Assembly: GCA_964106645.2 (NCBI GenBank)
Contig: OZ067043.1
Direction: 5' to 3' (one strand)
DNA: 64,000 bases
From: Podarcis pityusensis
Taxonomy: Eukaryota
The position numbers and the translations under genes are program-made. The notes below the pieces were generated by a model. That model was not told where the DNA came from, did not search any database, and saw only the letters and a list, made by a program, of their open reading frames with translations. Of the stretch, positions 24,531 to 38,339 are shown in pieces (within the stretch, counting starts at the first letter, position 1; the number at the start of each line of letters is the position of its first letter).

Positions 24531-25862
24531 TTAAAGACAGCCAGACGAACTCCTCCCTGAGGGAATTATACACTCTGGGCACTCACCCCCTTTGTTGCCA
24601 ACAGCGGTGGCACTCTGAGAAGGAACTCAGTAGAGGATCTTAACTTCCATATAGCTTGGTACTCATAAAGCAGTCCTTAAGGTACCTGGTTCCGAAGCCA
24701 TGACAGACTCATAGCTTAATACCAACGGCTTGAATTGTCTTCAGAAACAACATACCCAGCAAAAATAAATAAATAGATAAAAATCTTGGTGAAGACACAG
24801 GAGAATTATCAAAGCCGGGCTGTACAACTCCCTAGTCCACAAGATCACATTGTTCCCTTTCTTTGTGGGCTTCAGGCCAACACATTTTTTATTCTGGCAT
24901 GCTTATAGTTTGGCTCATTCCTAAATCTCACTGCTGAAAAGTATACTGCTGGTTACCAGCTGCTGTACTGTTTTTGTTGCTTTTTAAGGTCACAGTGTGA
25001 TTGTTCTTCAATTATGGCGCTGCTTTCATTGTGAGTTGGATAGGCAGGATATAAATATTTCAATTAATATATGAAACAATAAAGCATGGAGTCCATTAGT
25101 GGTCCATTCCCACAACAGTATTTTTTTGCAGCATGTTCACTGAAGAAACTGATCACCTCTCTGAACCCCATGTCCCAGTCTTGGAATGCACTGTCCCAAC
25201 AGCCAAAGTGCTTTCCTTTTGGGGCTGTTTATGGCTTTGCTGCAGCTGAATTTAGTATTTATTGTCACTTTAGTGTGGTTAATAGTATGCTTAGTTTTAA
25301 TTGGGTTTTATTTTTCTTGCCTTTTACTGATTTGTAAGCTGCCTGAAGAATTGGGAAAGTGGGGTTAAATATAATCTTAAAATACATAAAATATATTTTT
25401 ATGTATTTTTCCAGGATGCTCTACTAATATTATACCAGCACTATAATGTTCAAAACTTCACTGATGTTAGCAAAGTTGTCATGTCTTAAATTAAAGCAAA
25501 GAAGGTGACCTTAAACCACATGCAGACATTTAAAGGCCATATATGGACAAATCTGGTATTCAATGCTGACATAGTAAGAAACCAATACTGTACCTATGAT
25601 TAATTGGGGACATAATAATAACAGTGTATCAAGTCAAATTCCCTCTGTGGTTCCACATTAAAAATAATTAGCTGACAGGGCATCTGAGATCCGTGTATAT
25701 TCTGAATCTGCTGCCACCAAGCCTTGGCAAATGGCTAAAATAGTTTATATTCCATCATAAACTAGCTAGATGTTGCCACAAATGCATGGAGGCTGGGCAG
25801 AGTAGGCATGTCCAATACTGCTGCCCCACCATGGAATGAGTTTCTCTTGAATATGCTTTAAT

Positions 25863-26008
25863 CAGTGCTTTTTTCTGGGGGGATGCAGGGGTACACATAC
25901 CCCTAAACATTTTTTGAATCTAAGTTTGGCCTCATTGAGGGGCAGTATTTCAGTATGAGTATGAAAATGAGAGTACCCCTAAACATTTTTTTAAGAAAAA
26001 AAGCATTG
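25863..26008. mobile_element. hAT-type MITE
   Basis: TIRs CAGTGCTTTTTT / AAAAAAGCATTG; perfect 8-bp TSD GCTTTAAT at 25855-25862 and 26009-26016. Confidence 0.87.
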
Positions 26009-27901
26009 GCTTTAATAACAGGATCAACCTGGGTATTTTTAAAGATATTTCACTAATGAAAACTCAAAAATCTCTGAAAACATATCCCCATATTGTAAAC
26101 AGATAGAATCCTAATGTGGATGGTAGTGAAGTGTCTTCTTAACTCAATCCTTAACCATGCTGAGCTTCCACGTAGGTTTGGTCCACACAAGGACTTCTGC
26201 CTATATCCAGTGAATGTAGGCTCTGAACACAAGATTCCTACCCTTTATTTTTCAAGGGTAAAAATCACATGAACATAGTCATGGTGTATTGGACTTTCTG
26301 TGTAAGGCCCCTGTGCAGATGTGAGTTCCAACACGTATGGTCAGATACGACAAGGACGTTGGGCAATTGGTACAATTCTCCTCTTCCCATGTATAAATGC
26401 TTTGACTGCCCATGCAAAGTAAGATAGGACTACTATATATTTATGGGAAAACTGTGACCCTCCAAGTGGTGTTGGACTCCAACTCCCATCAGCCCCAGCC
26501 AGGATGGCCCAATGGTCAGGCATGATGGGAGTTATAGGCCAGCAACATCAGGTGTGTTTGTGTGCACAGGCTTCCCGTCTTTGTTTTGAGGGTTGCACAG
26601 AACAGCAAAAAGGGTGAGAAAAACTGTCCCTGCAGGAATTGCCATTTTAACATAACAATCAAAGGTTCAGGAGCCCCTCCTCTTATGCAGTGGGTTATCC
26701 TAATCTCCACTCTATTTAAGGTGCTTCACCAACTTAGTGTTAGCATCATTAGCAATTGGTGGACAATGGTTTTAGATTGTCAAAAGCATTTGGAAGCTTC
26801 TAAAAATTAGACTTTCCACATTCAAATATGGCTTGCGGTTTTTAAAAAATGGAATATTTTGTGCCTGTGCTGTGATTCTCTACAGTCTACTAGCCTCAGC
26901 ATGTTTCATTTCATCAACCGTCCATCATACAGCTAGGAGTCCAGCTGCCACTGACATCATGTATGCAGCCAGCCAACCAGCCAGGCTCCATCAGACAGCT
27001 CTTGCCCCATTAACAAACAGCGCTGTATGGCTGTCAAGTTCCCAATTGGTCTGCGGTGAGGAAATGTCAACAGTGTTACGCTAACAAGAAAACACTGAGG
27101 ACCAACAGTAGACAGAGTCAGAAGTCAAAAAGATCGGTCTGAAAATATTTTGGGAAATGGCGAGATCTGCCAGTAAGCAGGCCTGCATACGCTTTTTCCA
27201 ATGATTGCAGATGCTTTCCTAGGAACCTCTCTTACATACATATGATGGCCTGGCAGTGTCTTTATTTGGAGAGTGGACATGTCTCCTACTTTACACATGT
27301 CCTCTATTGAAAGGCTGTCAATTCTCTGTTTGGAAGGATCTTCTCTTTGCTGTCCAGTTCAATGATAAACAGATGTAGGAAGGGAGCGCAAAGACATCTA
27401 TTTCTAAATTTGCATCTACAAAATATAAATCAGCAAATTGAAAGTTTATGCAATTCTGTGTCCTCTTTTGCCTTCTTTCTCAGAGATGCATTTCTTATTT
27501 TTATGGTGGTGCATAAGTGGCCACCCTATTTGCATCATCAAATAATACTGACACCTGACACCCCCTCCTCAAATCCACGCAACACCACAAGGTCTGTCTG
27601 AGGCTGAGGAAGATACTTGGGCAAAGGGAAGGAACATGCACTACAGGGCTGTTGGCATACCGGATTAGTGGGAAGCTTGGCCGCCTTTGACATATTTTGG
27701 CTGAGCTGTCTCAAAACATTCCTGGGCATCTAAGTTACAGACTCTTTCCATAAAGAGATTCTGTGCCTCCTCCCCTCCCCCTGTATTTGCTGCTATCTGT
27801 CTCATCTTAACCCTAGAATTCTTTGGTTCCTGTTTTTTCCCATCATCATAATGGGGTTGGGGCTTGGAATCATTAGCTCCAACACAAAACGGTGGACTCA
27901 G

Positions 27902-28377
27902 GGCAGATGAAGGTGATCGACTACATGGAACTGGCGGAAATGACTGGCAGAATCCGAGACCAGAGAGAAGAGTCGGTGAAAGAAGACTGGAAGAGATTTA
28001 AAGACTATTTACAGAAATATTGTAAAATTAAGGAATCTTAGAAGGATGTTGGATAGAAATTAAGAGGTTTTTAGCTGTAATGCCTTAAGAGACATGAAAA
28101 AAGGTTTGCAACTGGGTAAAAGCTTAATGGTAAGGATTTGCTGAACTAACAAATTGAACTGGAATACAAAAAAGGGAGGTATGAGGAGGTCCGGGGAAAT
28201 AAGTGTAGGGAAGATAGGTTATGGAAAATTAATGTCTTTTTAACTGTTTTATTTGGTATGTTTCTTTTTATTTTTTACTTTTTTGGTTATATTTTAAAAA
28301 CTTTATTCTTTTTCTTTCTGTATTCTGTATTTTTTGTATTTTTTGAAACTTTAATAAATATCATTTTAAAAAAAAAC
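27902..28377 (+). mobile_element. Short 5'-truncated L1 (same clade as 15610-17423)
   Basis: Encodes QMKVIDYMELAEMTGRIRDQREESVKEDWKRFKDYLQKYC, homologous to the C-terminus of the 507-aa ORF. AATAAA and A tail; TSD ACGGTGGACTCAG at 27889-27901 and 28378-28390. Confidence 0.92.
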
Positions 28378-31300
28378 ACGGTGGACTCAGCGGGGACATA
28401 GCATATGAATTATGGGAAGAAAGTGAATGTCTCAGAAAACTATTTCAGCAAAATGATATTTTCTGTAAGTCTAGTTCCCTCTAGTAAGAACACAGCCTTT
28501 TCACTCTAACGTCCCTCCTTTTGCTCCTCTGGATTTTATCCCAAAAGTTTCTTTTTTATATGATACAAGAACTAATGTAAGCTTCTTGTAAGGAGAACTA
28601 AAAATGAATTCAGATCTGGAGGCACTGGAGGCGAACAAACCTCCATGCATGCAAAATGTGAACACTGCATTTCAGGAGCTTCCTATAAAGTCATAAAAGA
28701 AGTGCCAATCTGCTTTGAATTAGCATAGAACTTTTTAGTTTCTGATGATGCAATCTGTAAGTGTGTCATTTATTTCTATATTTATGTAGCCGGGCTTTCA
28801 ACAATATAATACACATTTATTTACTAGCTCAACCCTGAAATAACATTTGTGAGCTGAGCTCACAAATTATAAAGGATGGATGGTGAAATTAAGAATGAGC
28901 TGGCCGCAAATAAACAAACTAAGTACACTACAAAGCAAATTTTAAGCAAAATCCAGCGAAAATCATACTTAAATCCCACTGTTTAAATCAGAGATAGTCT
29001 GGGCTGAATCCATCCCCCAAGGCAACTTTATTTGGCCTTGTTGATTGTACTGTGCATGTTATGGAGGTGTAACAAGAACTCTGGCCACAACTTTGAGTCT
29101 TAAAAAAGAGAATGTCTCACACCGAATGTAACCAACCTGTAGGAAGGACTCTATGATTTGGAAACAGAGGTGTTGTATGTACTTTGGTTGCCCAATAAAA
29201 TCTTTTAATAAAAGCATAAAAAGGAATGCTGTAAGAAACAGATAGTCTACCTTTAATGTTTTTTTTGGTTTTGTATGTAACATGTACCATATGTGATTGA
29301 ACCTGAGGTCTGTTTGTTCAGCAACATACCTTTCCAGCCCCCTGTCTGGAAAACAGTGGCCCTCAGAACACACAGAAGGGGGCAATCTGTGGCCTAACTC
29401 TATGGGATATAATTTTAATTGAAAATTATATGGCTAGCTTGATGTATTTGTCTGTTATGAAAAGTAGCTAACTTCTAAAGTTTCTCAGAAGATGCTGGTT
29501 TGTATGACCTGGACATGTCTGATGTGTTCAAATTCTGAAAGTGGCCTAAATATTCAAATAGGTTCTTAAATCATTTTAGTTAGATTCTGCACTCAGCGTC
29601 ACCCTAAGTCCCCATTTTTTAAAACATGCAAGGAGAAGCCAGCCGTGTAGGGAAAATGTGAACAACCCTTTGACATATTTTGTGGGTGTCTTGAGAGAGT
29701 CAGCACGTGACTCCAGTGTGTTTTCCAACCAATGTATACGGGTCACTGTGAAAATCAAAGATACAAACTCTCTCTTTCTTGTGGCAGTTTTTGACAAGTT
29801 CTTAGATCATTGGGGGGAATATGTAGTGAGGCACTTAATGAAATCCTCAAGACTCCCTCCCTGACTTCCCAAAATTTAATTAATTATTAGCTTCCACATA
29901 GATTTCTAAAAGCAATAGCTTAGGGGGCTGTAGCAAATCTGCCCTGCCTTTGACCCAAGTCCCGATCCCAACCTCTGCGTTAGTAGAGACAGGACCTTTC
30001 TCTCCAATTAACTGGAATATATTTTTCTATGGTTGAGTGGACATAGGTGTGCTATAGGGCAATGCAGGGGCCGCCAACATGTTACCAACTCACACCAACC
30101 TAAGGCAGCATGGCCTATGGTCAGGGATGAGGGAACCATGTTGGCTAATGAGTAACAGCTAGAAAGACAGTTTGTAGGCAGAGACATTCTCCTTTTCAAC
30201 TGTGTGTAAGGTATACAGTGCAGAAGAGCTAGGGGAGATGAGTGAACTTACCACAACTGAGGAGGCAGAGACTGGGCTTTCCCCTCCAGCCAATGGGTGT
30301 AGCTATTTCCCAAGGCTTGGCCTATAAAAACTGTCTCATAGGTGTGGTGTAGGATGAAGCACACTAACATGTTTTGCATGTTAACTTTTAACACTGGGGT
30401 TTGAGCAACTGACAGATTCTCAAACATCAGAAGAGCAGATAGTGAGAAGGTGAATTGGCAGAAACTCCTTTCTTTCTTGCCAGACTAGACACTCAAACAG
30501 ATTTGCTGAGGCAAGTGAATTTAGGACACTTGCAACGTGCCAGGGAAGCTGTCATTTGATTACTCCAAAAACAATTCAATATGGAGTGATCAATATTTAA
30601 AAACAAGGGCTTTCACAGGGCCGTCACAAAAGACAAGGAGACTGTTGTTGTCTACCAGGCTCTGTCCTGCCTTCCTTATAATTCAAGTACGTTTGCTGCT
30701 TTTGACTTTCCAGGGGGCATTCTTGTGTCATAATAGAATATGATGCCCCTTTATGTGTACAGCTTTGCCTGTGAGCAAAAACCTCTTGCTGCATTGTCTT
30801 CAATTTAATGGAGGCTGTGAATAGACAAAGGGCTAATCCACACTTTGCTTGGTTATGATTTAGCGCAGAAGAGTGGGTTTTCCTGGGGAAGCCACAGGGC
30901 AAAAGCCAAACCACTCGGATTGGAAAACTGCTTGAACCCATGCTTTCTAGGCACAGGGCAAGCAGAAGTGTAGGCCTAAATCCTTAAAGCACATTCCAAG
31001 CACATCCCCCCCCTTAAAGAATTCTGCATAGTTTACCCCTCACAGAGTTACAAATACCAGCAACGCTTAACAAAATACAGTGCCCATAATTCCCTGAGAG
31101 GGAAAATGTGCTTGGAATGTCCTTTAAATGTATAGTGCTTACGCAGCCTGAGGCCTACCTACTCCAAAGGCATTTTGCTTTCTGAGGAAAGGATAGGATG
31201 GCACACATGCACCCCACATAAAGAAGCCAACCAGACTGGCAGATGAATCTTAATTTCAGCACTGGCGACAGGACAGCGTCTTCCGCCACACCTGAGGGCA

Positions 31301-31729
31301 GCGAGCCGTGTGACACACACTCTTCTGTCCTCCAACACTATGTTGCCACTTGCTGCCCACTCAAATATATGCTGCCGTGAAGCAGCAGTGGTAGGCCAGC
31401 ATGTGTTACCTGAACAGAGCTATGCATCTGCACACACAATAGCTGCTAGAATATGAGATGTGTACGCTGACTCAGTCAAGGGCCTTTCCCAGTTGTGTCT
31501 GTGCTACAACAGAAGAAGGTGAGAGACAGCCAAAGCCGGCATCCAATAATGTAAATGAGCCTAGCTGGCAGAAAAGTGGCTGTGGAACAGGCTCCATGGT
31601 AAAAGACATGGGGCAGGTCAACACAAACACATAAAACTGCTTCACTTCTCCTTATCAAAAAAATTGGAATATTTTGGTGCCAGAGCATCAGCTATAAGTA
31701 ATTACTTGCCACAGATAAGAGCCACCAGT

Positions 31730-32230
31730 TAGAACTGTAGAGTTGGAAAGGTTATCTCGTCCAACCCCCTTGCAATGCAGGAAGTTCAACTGAAGCATCC
31801 ATGGCAGATGCCCATCCAACCTCTGCTTAAAAACCTCCAAGCAAGGAGGGTCCATAATCTCCCAAAGGAGTAAGTTCCACTGTCAAACAGCTCCCCACTG
31901 TTCTTCCTGATGTTTAGTCCTCTCTTGTAACTTGAAGCCATTGGTTCGGGTACTGCCCTCCAGAGCAGGAGAAAACAAGCTTGCTCCATCTTCCATGTGA
32001 GAGCCCTTTAGATATTTGAAGTTGGCTATCATACCTCCTATAACTCTCCTCTTTCCCAGGCTAAGCATACCCAACTCCCTCACCCATTCCTCATAGGGTT
32101 TCCAGACTCTTGGTCATTCTCCTCTGCACACATTCCAACTTGTCCCTATACTTCTTAAACTGTAGTACTCAGAACTGTTGTCTGACCAAGGCAGAATAGA
32201 GCAGTACTATGACTTCCCTTGAACGGGACA
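31730..32230 (-). mobile_element. Degraded CR1 LINE 3' end including the terminal tail
   Basis: Peptides LRELGMLSLGKRR and [14 protein letters not shown]. The 3' end (cctgcattgcaaggggggttggac...ttccaactctacagttcta) matches the tail of the tRNA-headed SINEs. Confidence 0.9.
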
Positions 32231-32736
32231 CTTTAAACAGTCATGGCTTCCCCTAAAGAATCCTGGGGATTGCAGTTTGTTAAAGATGCTTAGAGTCATT
32301 AGGAGGCCCCTATTCCCCACCACCACACATGCATGGCTACATTTTTTGAGTGGTTTATCAGTCAATCCATTTCCCCAGAGGACTCTGGGAATTGTAGCTC
32401 TGTGAGGGGAATAGAGATTTCCTAACACCTCTCAGCAGCCATTAGAAGCTACACTTTCCAAAACTCTTTGGAGAAAGCCATGGCTGTTTAAAGTGGTCTG
32501 ATACTGCTTTAAGTGTATAATGCAGAAGGGACTAGCGAGTCAGACCATTATTCCTCAGTACTGTCTACTCTGAGAGTTTCACACTCAGTTCTTCCTAGTC
32601 CTATTTGGAGATACCAGGGATTGAACATGGGACTTTGTGAATGCACAGTATGGGGTGCACCACTGAGCTACTGCCCCTCTGAGCCTCAGCATCTACCCAC
32701 CCCCTAAATTGCAACCCCAACCCCGCTTTATATATA

Positions 32737-32977
32737 CAGTCATACCTTGGTTGGTGAACGCCTTGCAATTTGAATGTTTTGGCTCCCAAATGCCGCACAC
32801 CTGGAAGTGAGTGTTCCGGTTTGCAAACGTTCTTTGGAACCCTAACATATATCGCAGCTTCCTATTGGCTGCAGGAGCTTCCTGCAGCCAATGGGAAGCT
32901 ATGCCTTGGTTTCTGAATGTTTTGGAAGTTGAACAGACTTCCGGAACAGATTCCGTTTGACTTCCAAGGTACCACTG
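32737..32977. mobile_element. Tc1/mariner (Tigger-like) MITE
   Basis: TA TSD; TIRs CAGTCATACCTTGG / CCAAGGTACCACTG; internal palindrome agcttcctattggctgcagga-gct-tcctgcagccaatgggaagct. Confidence 0.85.
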
Positions 32978-35167
32978 TAACTGGAAAAGATCCAAATAGA
33001 AGCACATGGATCTGTTGCTGTCATATGTACTTTGGTCCTTAGAAGTCAGAGTGCAGTCAGGAACTGGAGCTCTTCACTCAGACAGCATGGATTCTGAACT
33101 TTCAGGCCTTGACTCTCTGTTCATACCTCTTTCTCTTTCCAGTGTTTATATGAGTCATTATCCTTCTTTTCCAGTCCGTGACAAAAACATTCAAACTCTG
33201 TATGAAAAAATTAAACCCAAGCACAAACCAAGCATGCTGTAAAGCCTAAGTAAAGCATGAAGATTCACATATGCTTGTCGAATGTGCATAATCAATTTCC
33301 ATTCCATTGAGACAACTGTGGATATTTTGGGTAGCTTTCCTACCCCTCTCCCTATCAGAATGAAATGTTGGTTCTCTCTGCCTCTTGGAAGCTGCATTGA
33401 AGTCCAAGCTGGGTGTACCTGAACTTAAAACAGAAGCAGGAAACTTTACCCTCAGTAAAATAGTCTTTTCTTCTGCTGTCTCCAAAAGACATTGAAGACC
33501 AGAGAGGTGAAGCTGCAGACCATCTCTCTCCACAGACTCTGGAATGACTGAAAAGGCAGGCAAGAGAGTGTTTGCATTGGGCTGGAGCCATCATACCATT
33601 AACCATTCCAAATTATTTGTGGGCTGGTTAAAGGAGGGAGCCTCGACCACCACAGCCATTTGTCTGCAGGGAAGGCTTTCTGCGAGTGCATGCAGATGGG
33701 GTGTGCCTCATACAGAAAGCATCTGGAATCAACTGGCTGGATAATTCCTGTGATATTGCAACACAGAAAAAGAAAAACCCCATTGCTAAATGCCTGCACT
33801 CTTTTACATCCCTTAGGGCTCATTTTATGTTTCCATCTGCCCGAGTCCACATTTCAAAAGCAGCACAATAAAATGCAAACATCATGCATTTATTTGGTGT
33901 ATATACAATTCCCAGACGAGTGCAAAAATACGGCGAAATGCCTCTCCTTTGTCTTTCCCCCATTCAACTTCACAGCATAAAATGAGAAAAAATTCAAGCG
34001 AACAGCACAGGCTGTGCCTCCCAGTCTTTGCAACAGGCCTGCCCAGAGGACATGTCTTGGGATGGGAATTTCCTGCTCATGTGGGCTGGCACTGCAGCGC
34101 ACACAACTTGGGAGTGCAGGGAGTCTCCTGAAAAAACACAGGTCCCTTTGGCCCGGATAATATTCCCAGCAACTCATTACTGAATACAGACTCCACAGAT
34201 CCTGCCCTAGTCTTCACCAACTTCTTGGTTGAAGCAGCTTGGATAGGAACATCAGAAACTGCTTCATACCAAGTCTGATCTTTAGTCCATCAAGCTCAGT
34301 ATCTACACCAAGGGTAGTCATTACTGGACTACAACTCCCATCATTCCTAACCACTGACCATGCTGGTTGGGCTGATGGGAGTTGGAGTTCAACAATATCC
34401 AGAGGGCATTATGTTGACCTGAGGCACACTGACTGGCAGTGGCTCTCCAGGGATCTCTCCCAGCCCTACTGGGATGCTGGGAACAGAACCTGGGACCTTT
34501 TGCATACAAAGCAAATCCTCTTAACACAGCTACATGCGCCTGCATTCCAGGGGGTTGGACTAGATGATCCTCAGGGTCCCTTCCAACTCTACAGTGATCC
34601 TCCATTTATTCATTTCAGGCACTGGTAGTGCTGGAACTGGTTGCCCAGCCCCCTAAATAACAGCTGCCTGATGTAGCTGGGATGAGATCTGGAACATGGG
34701 CGTCCCAGATCACAGTTCACACCCTTAACCAGTATGGTTGGTAACACCAGCTACTGGTGACACTTTTGCCTTCCCTGTATTGTGCCTTCGTGCTTGCCAT
34801 TGATGTTTGCAACCTCAGATCTCCCTGGAACCTCTAGTTCTTTCCAGTTGCTCTTTGCCAGTCACAAGGAACAGGGAAGACTTTCCAAAGAGCTAACAAA
34901 AGTGCAGTCCAAATCCTGCACTTCTGATTTGCTTGCATTGATGGTAATTCAGCCCGGCTGCTTGAAAGCTCCCTTCTCCCCCAGAGGCGAAGTGCCTGTT
35001 CAATTCCAAGCCCCTTTCCTGATTGCTTAAGTTCTGCTCCTATATCAGCCTCATCTATCCCCCCCCCCCTTTTCATAGTGGAGGAGAAGGCTCCCAACCT
35101 CCTCTTCTGAACATCTAATCTCTGGTAAAAATCACATGAGTTGGATTCTGTTCCAAGAGGGAAAGAC

Positions 35168-35171
<4 letters not shown>

Positions 35172-35205
<34 letters not shown>

Positions 35206-35215
35206 CGTGTGTGTG
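35172..35215. repeat. (GT)n microsatellite
   Basis: Directly visible. Confidence 0.93.
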
Positions 35216-35457
35216 CGCAGTACACATCCTGCATGAAAATAGCCCTTCCCCCAGCAGGCACATGACTTCCTAAACCCACCAGGAATGGAGGTGCTACTGG
35301 CTAAGAAAGGGGCATTGCGAAGAGTGCCCCCAAAGCCTGCTTTAGTGGGCTTTTTTTCCGTGGGTAAATGCTGGATAAATGTGGACCGGCTGCTGAAGTT
35401 CCTAAGCAAATATCTGAGGCTCAGCAAGATGGATTGCATACACAAAATGCATACACA

Positions 35458-35620
35458 CCACACATTTAAAGCACCCCTGGCTCATACACACAAAGAATCC
35501 TGGAAACTGTAGTTTGTGGAGGGTGCTGGGAATTGCAGTGCTCTGAAGGGTAAACTACAGCTCTGAATATTCTTTACAGGTAGGGGGTATGTGCTTTAAA
35601 TGTGTGGGGTGTATGCAGCC
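35458..35620. mobile_element. Palindromic MITE-like repeat (family also at about 30985-31150, 32228-32530, 46145-46290, 47560-47705)
   Basis: cacatttaaagcac...gtgctttaaatgtg inverted arms around a gggaattg(c/t)ag.ctct...gggtaaactaca core, recurring five times in the window. Confidence 0.75.
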
Positions 35621-35906
35621 CATGTCCCAGTTACCTGCAAACCTATTTATTCAAAGAATGGTTCAAACTTATATATTCAATAAGCCAGGAGTAGTTATTC
35701 TCTCTCTCCTGACTCCCACATTTCCATGAGAACAGATAGTTAGGAATTTGTCTCAAAATCTGTGGAAGCATAAGCAACTGAAATGGGCTGCCAGATAGAT
35801 TTCTTTGACCGAAAGAAAAGAACTAATCATCTAAAAAAGACAACAACCATGTATCTGTGTTCGGGAACCAGGGGTGTGTGTTGCTTCCTAGGAAAACATT
35901 AATGCA

Positions 35907-35909
<3 letters not shown>

Positions 35910-35972
<63 letters not shown>
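35910..35972. repeat. (TA)n(TG)n compound microsatellite
   Basis: Directly visible. Confidence 0.93.
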
Positions 35973-35973
<1 letters not shown>

Positions 35974-36462
35974 CGAAACTGAATAATCTTAACACTCATG
36001 CTGCAATCCTATATCCATTTACCTGGGAGAAAGCTCCATTTAACTTAGTGGGACTTACTTGTGAGTAGTCAAATATAGGATGGTGCTACAAGTAACCTTA
36101 TTAGAGATTACATACACCCACTTGGAAGAAAAACCTATTGAAATCAATGGGACATTGTTCCAAGTAAATGCGGTTTGTAAATACTGGTGTGTACCAGAGC
36201 AAACCTTTGCATGCTTCCTCAGAAGAAGACCCACTCTGCCCAAAGGGGCTTACTCTCTCATAAGTGCATATATAGGACTAAAGCCTTATGGCACAATTCT
36301 ATATATGCCTACTCAGCATAAATCCCATTGAGTTCAATGGGACTTACTCCTAAATCAGTGTCTATGGGATTGCAGTTAGTGTCTCTTAAATCACACCACT
36401 CATTTTAAAGTGTTCTCCTCTTTAGGTATCAAAACTTCTATGGAATTGAACTAGGGACCAAG

Positions 36463-36625
36463 TCATAGACTCAAAGAATTCTAGAGTTGGAAGGGACCCT
36501 GAGGGTCATCTAGTCCAACCCCCTTGAAATGGAGGAATTCTGCCCACAGTTGTTCCTGAGTGGGCTCAAACCACCAACCTTCTGGTTAACAGCCAGATGC
36601 ACTAACCCATTGTGCCACAGGAGTC
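36463..36625 (-). mobile_element. tRNA-Asn(GTT)-derived SINE with CR1-type tail
   Basis: Reverse complement CTCCTGTGGCACAATGGGTTAGTGCATCTGGCTGTTAACCAGAAGGTTGGTGGTTTGAGCCCACTCAGG aligns by eye to vertebrate tRNA-Asn-GTT. It is followed by the CR1 tail ggttggactagatgaccctcagggtcccttccaactcta. Confidence 0.8.
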
Positions 36626-37352
36626 TCTGAGTGTGGGAAAATGAGTCTGTCTTCTGAAATTCACCTCTTTGTGACAAAACAGAAAGCAGCCCTAAATTCT
36701 CAGAAATGCAAAGAATTTGTATTCATTCCCTCAAGGAAAAAATAAACATCGTACGATTTTCTCAGCTACCAGAGTGCGAAGAGGAATTGAATCTGCTTTA
36801 TTAAACTAATTAGGGGCTTTTAACTCCTTTCTATCCAAAACCGTTTACAAATTGCACATGCGGTGCAAGCAGAATTAACGGAAGCAACTTAGAAGGAAAA
36901 AACGAAACCACAACCTAATATTCCTCTCTGAAAATAAAACTCACCTCCTATCTCCCCATACCTTACAAAATTCTGATTATGAATCAAGCTTACAGATAGT
37001 GAGACTTCTGAAACACTCAACTGGCTTTGGCAAAGGCTATAAACATACCAGATGTATGTGGATGTGTGCAGCATATGAGAAAAAAAGGGGGTTTCCCCAA
37101 GTTTTGCTGCCATGGAAACAGTCTCAGAATTTTTAACCACCTCTTTATTTCACTTTTCCTTTGTTTGTTTGACAGAACTTTTGCATGACCAACCGAAACA
37201 AAAAGCAGCCTTTCAAGACCCAGAAAGAAAATACCTGTTGATCCATAAGACAGGGGAAAGTCCCACCTGACTACAGGTTAAGAAAGAAGTCCCTCCTTTC
37301 TCTTGTTTAGGGTAGGCCATCCCCAGATAGAGGACACCTGCCCAGGGCTTAC

Positions 37353-37785
37353 CTGTTTCCACCTGACCTTCCTCCTGCCTGTGTGTGTTTTAACTTCCAG
37401 GACTCTTCCTCCCCCTCTTCCTCTCCCTCCTCACTGCAGTCCGGTTCGGATGCAAATGACCCTCCTGCAAGCCGTGTGTGTTTTCTCCGGTTCCGTTCCT
37501 CAGAGATTCTCTCGGAGAGGGGTGGGTGGGAGCGAGGGGCGGAGGAGAAAGTCACAACAATAACGTCTTTCTCTGGCAGCCAAACTCCTGGCATCTAATC
37601 CACACGCATGTCCTTCTGCCTGGCTTGCTGAAAGGTTCATGTGTAATAATATTTCCTTCTGCTGGGGCAAGAAAACTCCCCGCGAGTGTTGTTCAACAAA
37701 TCCCATTAAAGAAAGAAAAGAAAAGAAAAAACGCGGAGCTTTCACTCTCTCTCTATAAGCATGTTGTCCTCTCCTAACTTTATAG
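37353..37785 (-). promoter_or_regulatory. Candidate PRELP promoter and non-coding exon 1
   Basis: Strong minus-strand donor CAG|GTAAGC at 37353/37352. About 240 nt ATG-free, purine-rich and relatively CpG-rich upstream of it. GC box GGGGCGGAG near 37535 and TATAAA (minus) at 37784-37779. PRELP is known to have a non-coding exon 1; assigning it here is inference. Confidence 0.45.
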
Positions 37786-38339
37786 TAAATCTGTGTGTCT
37801 AGGTTTGCGTTTCAAAGCAGCAGGACTCAGATGACAGCCAGGCTCAATGGGCAGTAAATGGCATTCCTGTGTTTTAAAGCGAGAGGCAGTTCTGTGCATA
37901 TTCCCCCATCCTTTCTAAATGCAATTGTTTTTCTATGCTAATCTTCCTTTGTTGCTACCATTGTTAACGTTGACTATGTCAGGGTATTGCTGGCTGGGCT
38001 GTTAAAGCCGCCTTAGGGTAAAGGTCAAAGGCTGCCCTGGGAGTTCAGTAGGGTGGCAATTTAATGCTCCTAGAAGACCAGGATAAAGGCACCAGGGCTA
38101 AACCACAGAAGCTGCAGGAAGTGCAAAATGCCACTGTGAAAATAAAGTCTAATATAGTTGGAGTGGAGGGGGTATCAAGTTGCTCTTTCTGCTCATAGGG
38201 GTCAGTTCAGACAACATGTCGCCCACCATGTGCAAAGTGCAAAGTGAAATCCAGACAAGCTAATAAAAGGGGGGGGGAGCAGCCTCTGAGTTTGAACCAG
38301 TTCAGTTTTTAAAACAGTTTTTAAAACAGTTGGCACACA

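Noticed and set aside
24227-24643. Six overlapping ORFs on both strands
   Set aside because: A by-product of a GC-rich MITE-like repeat with few stop codons; no recognisable protein.
34834-35463. 209-aa minus-strand ORF
   Set aside because: It spans a (GT)n microsatellite and a MITE edge, has no domain signature and has no convincing splice context.
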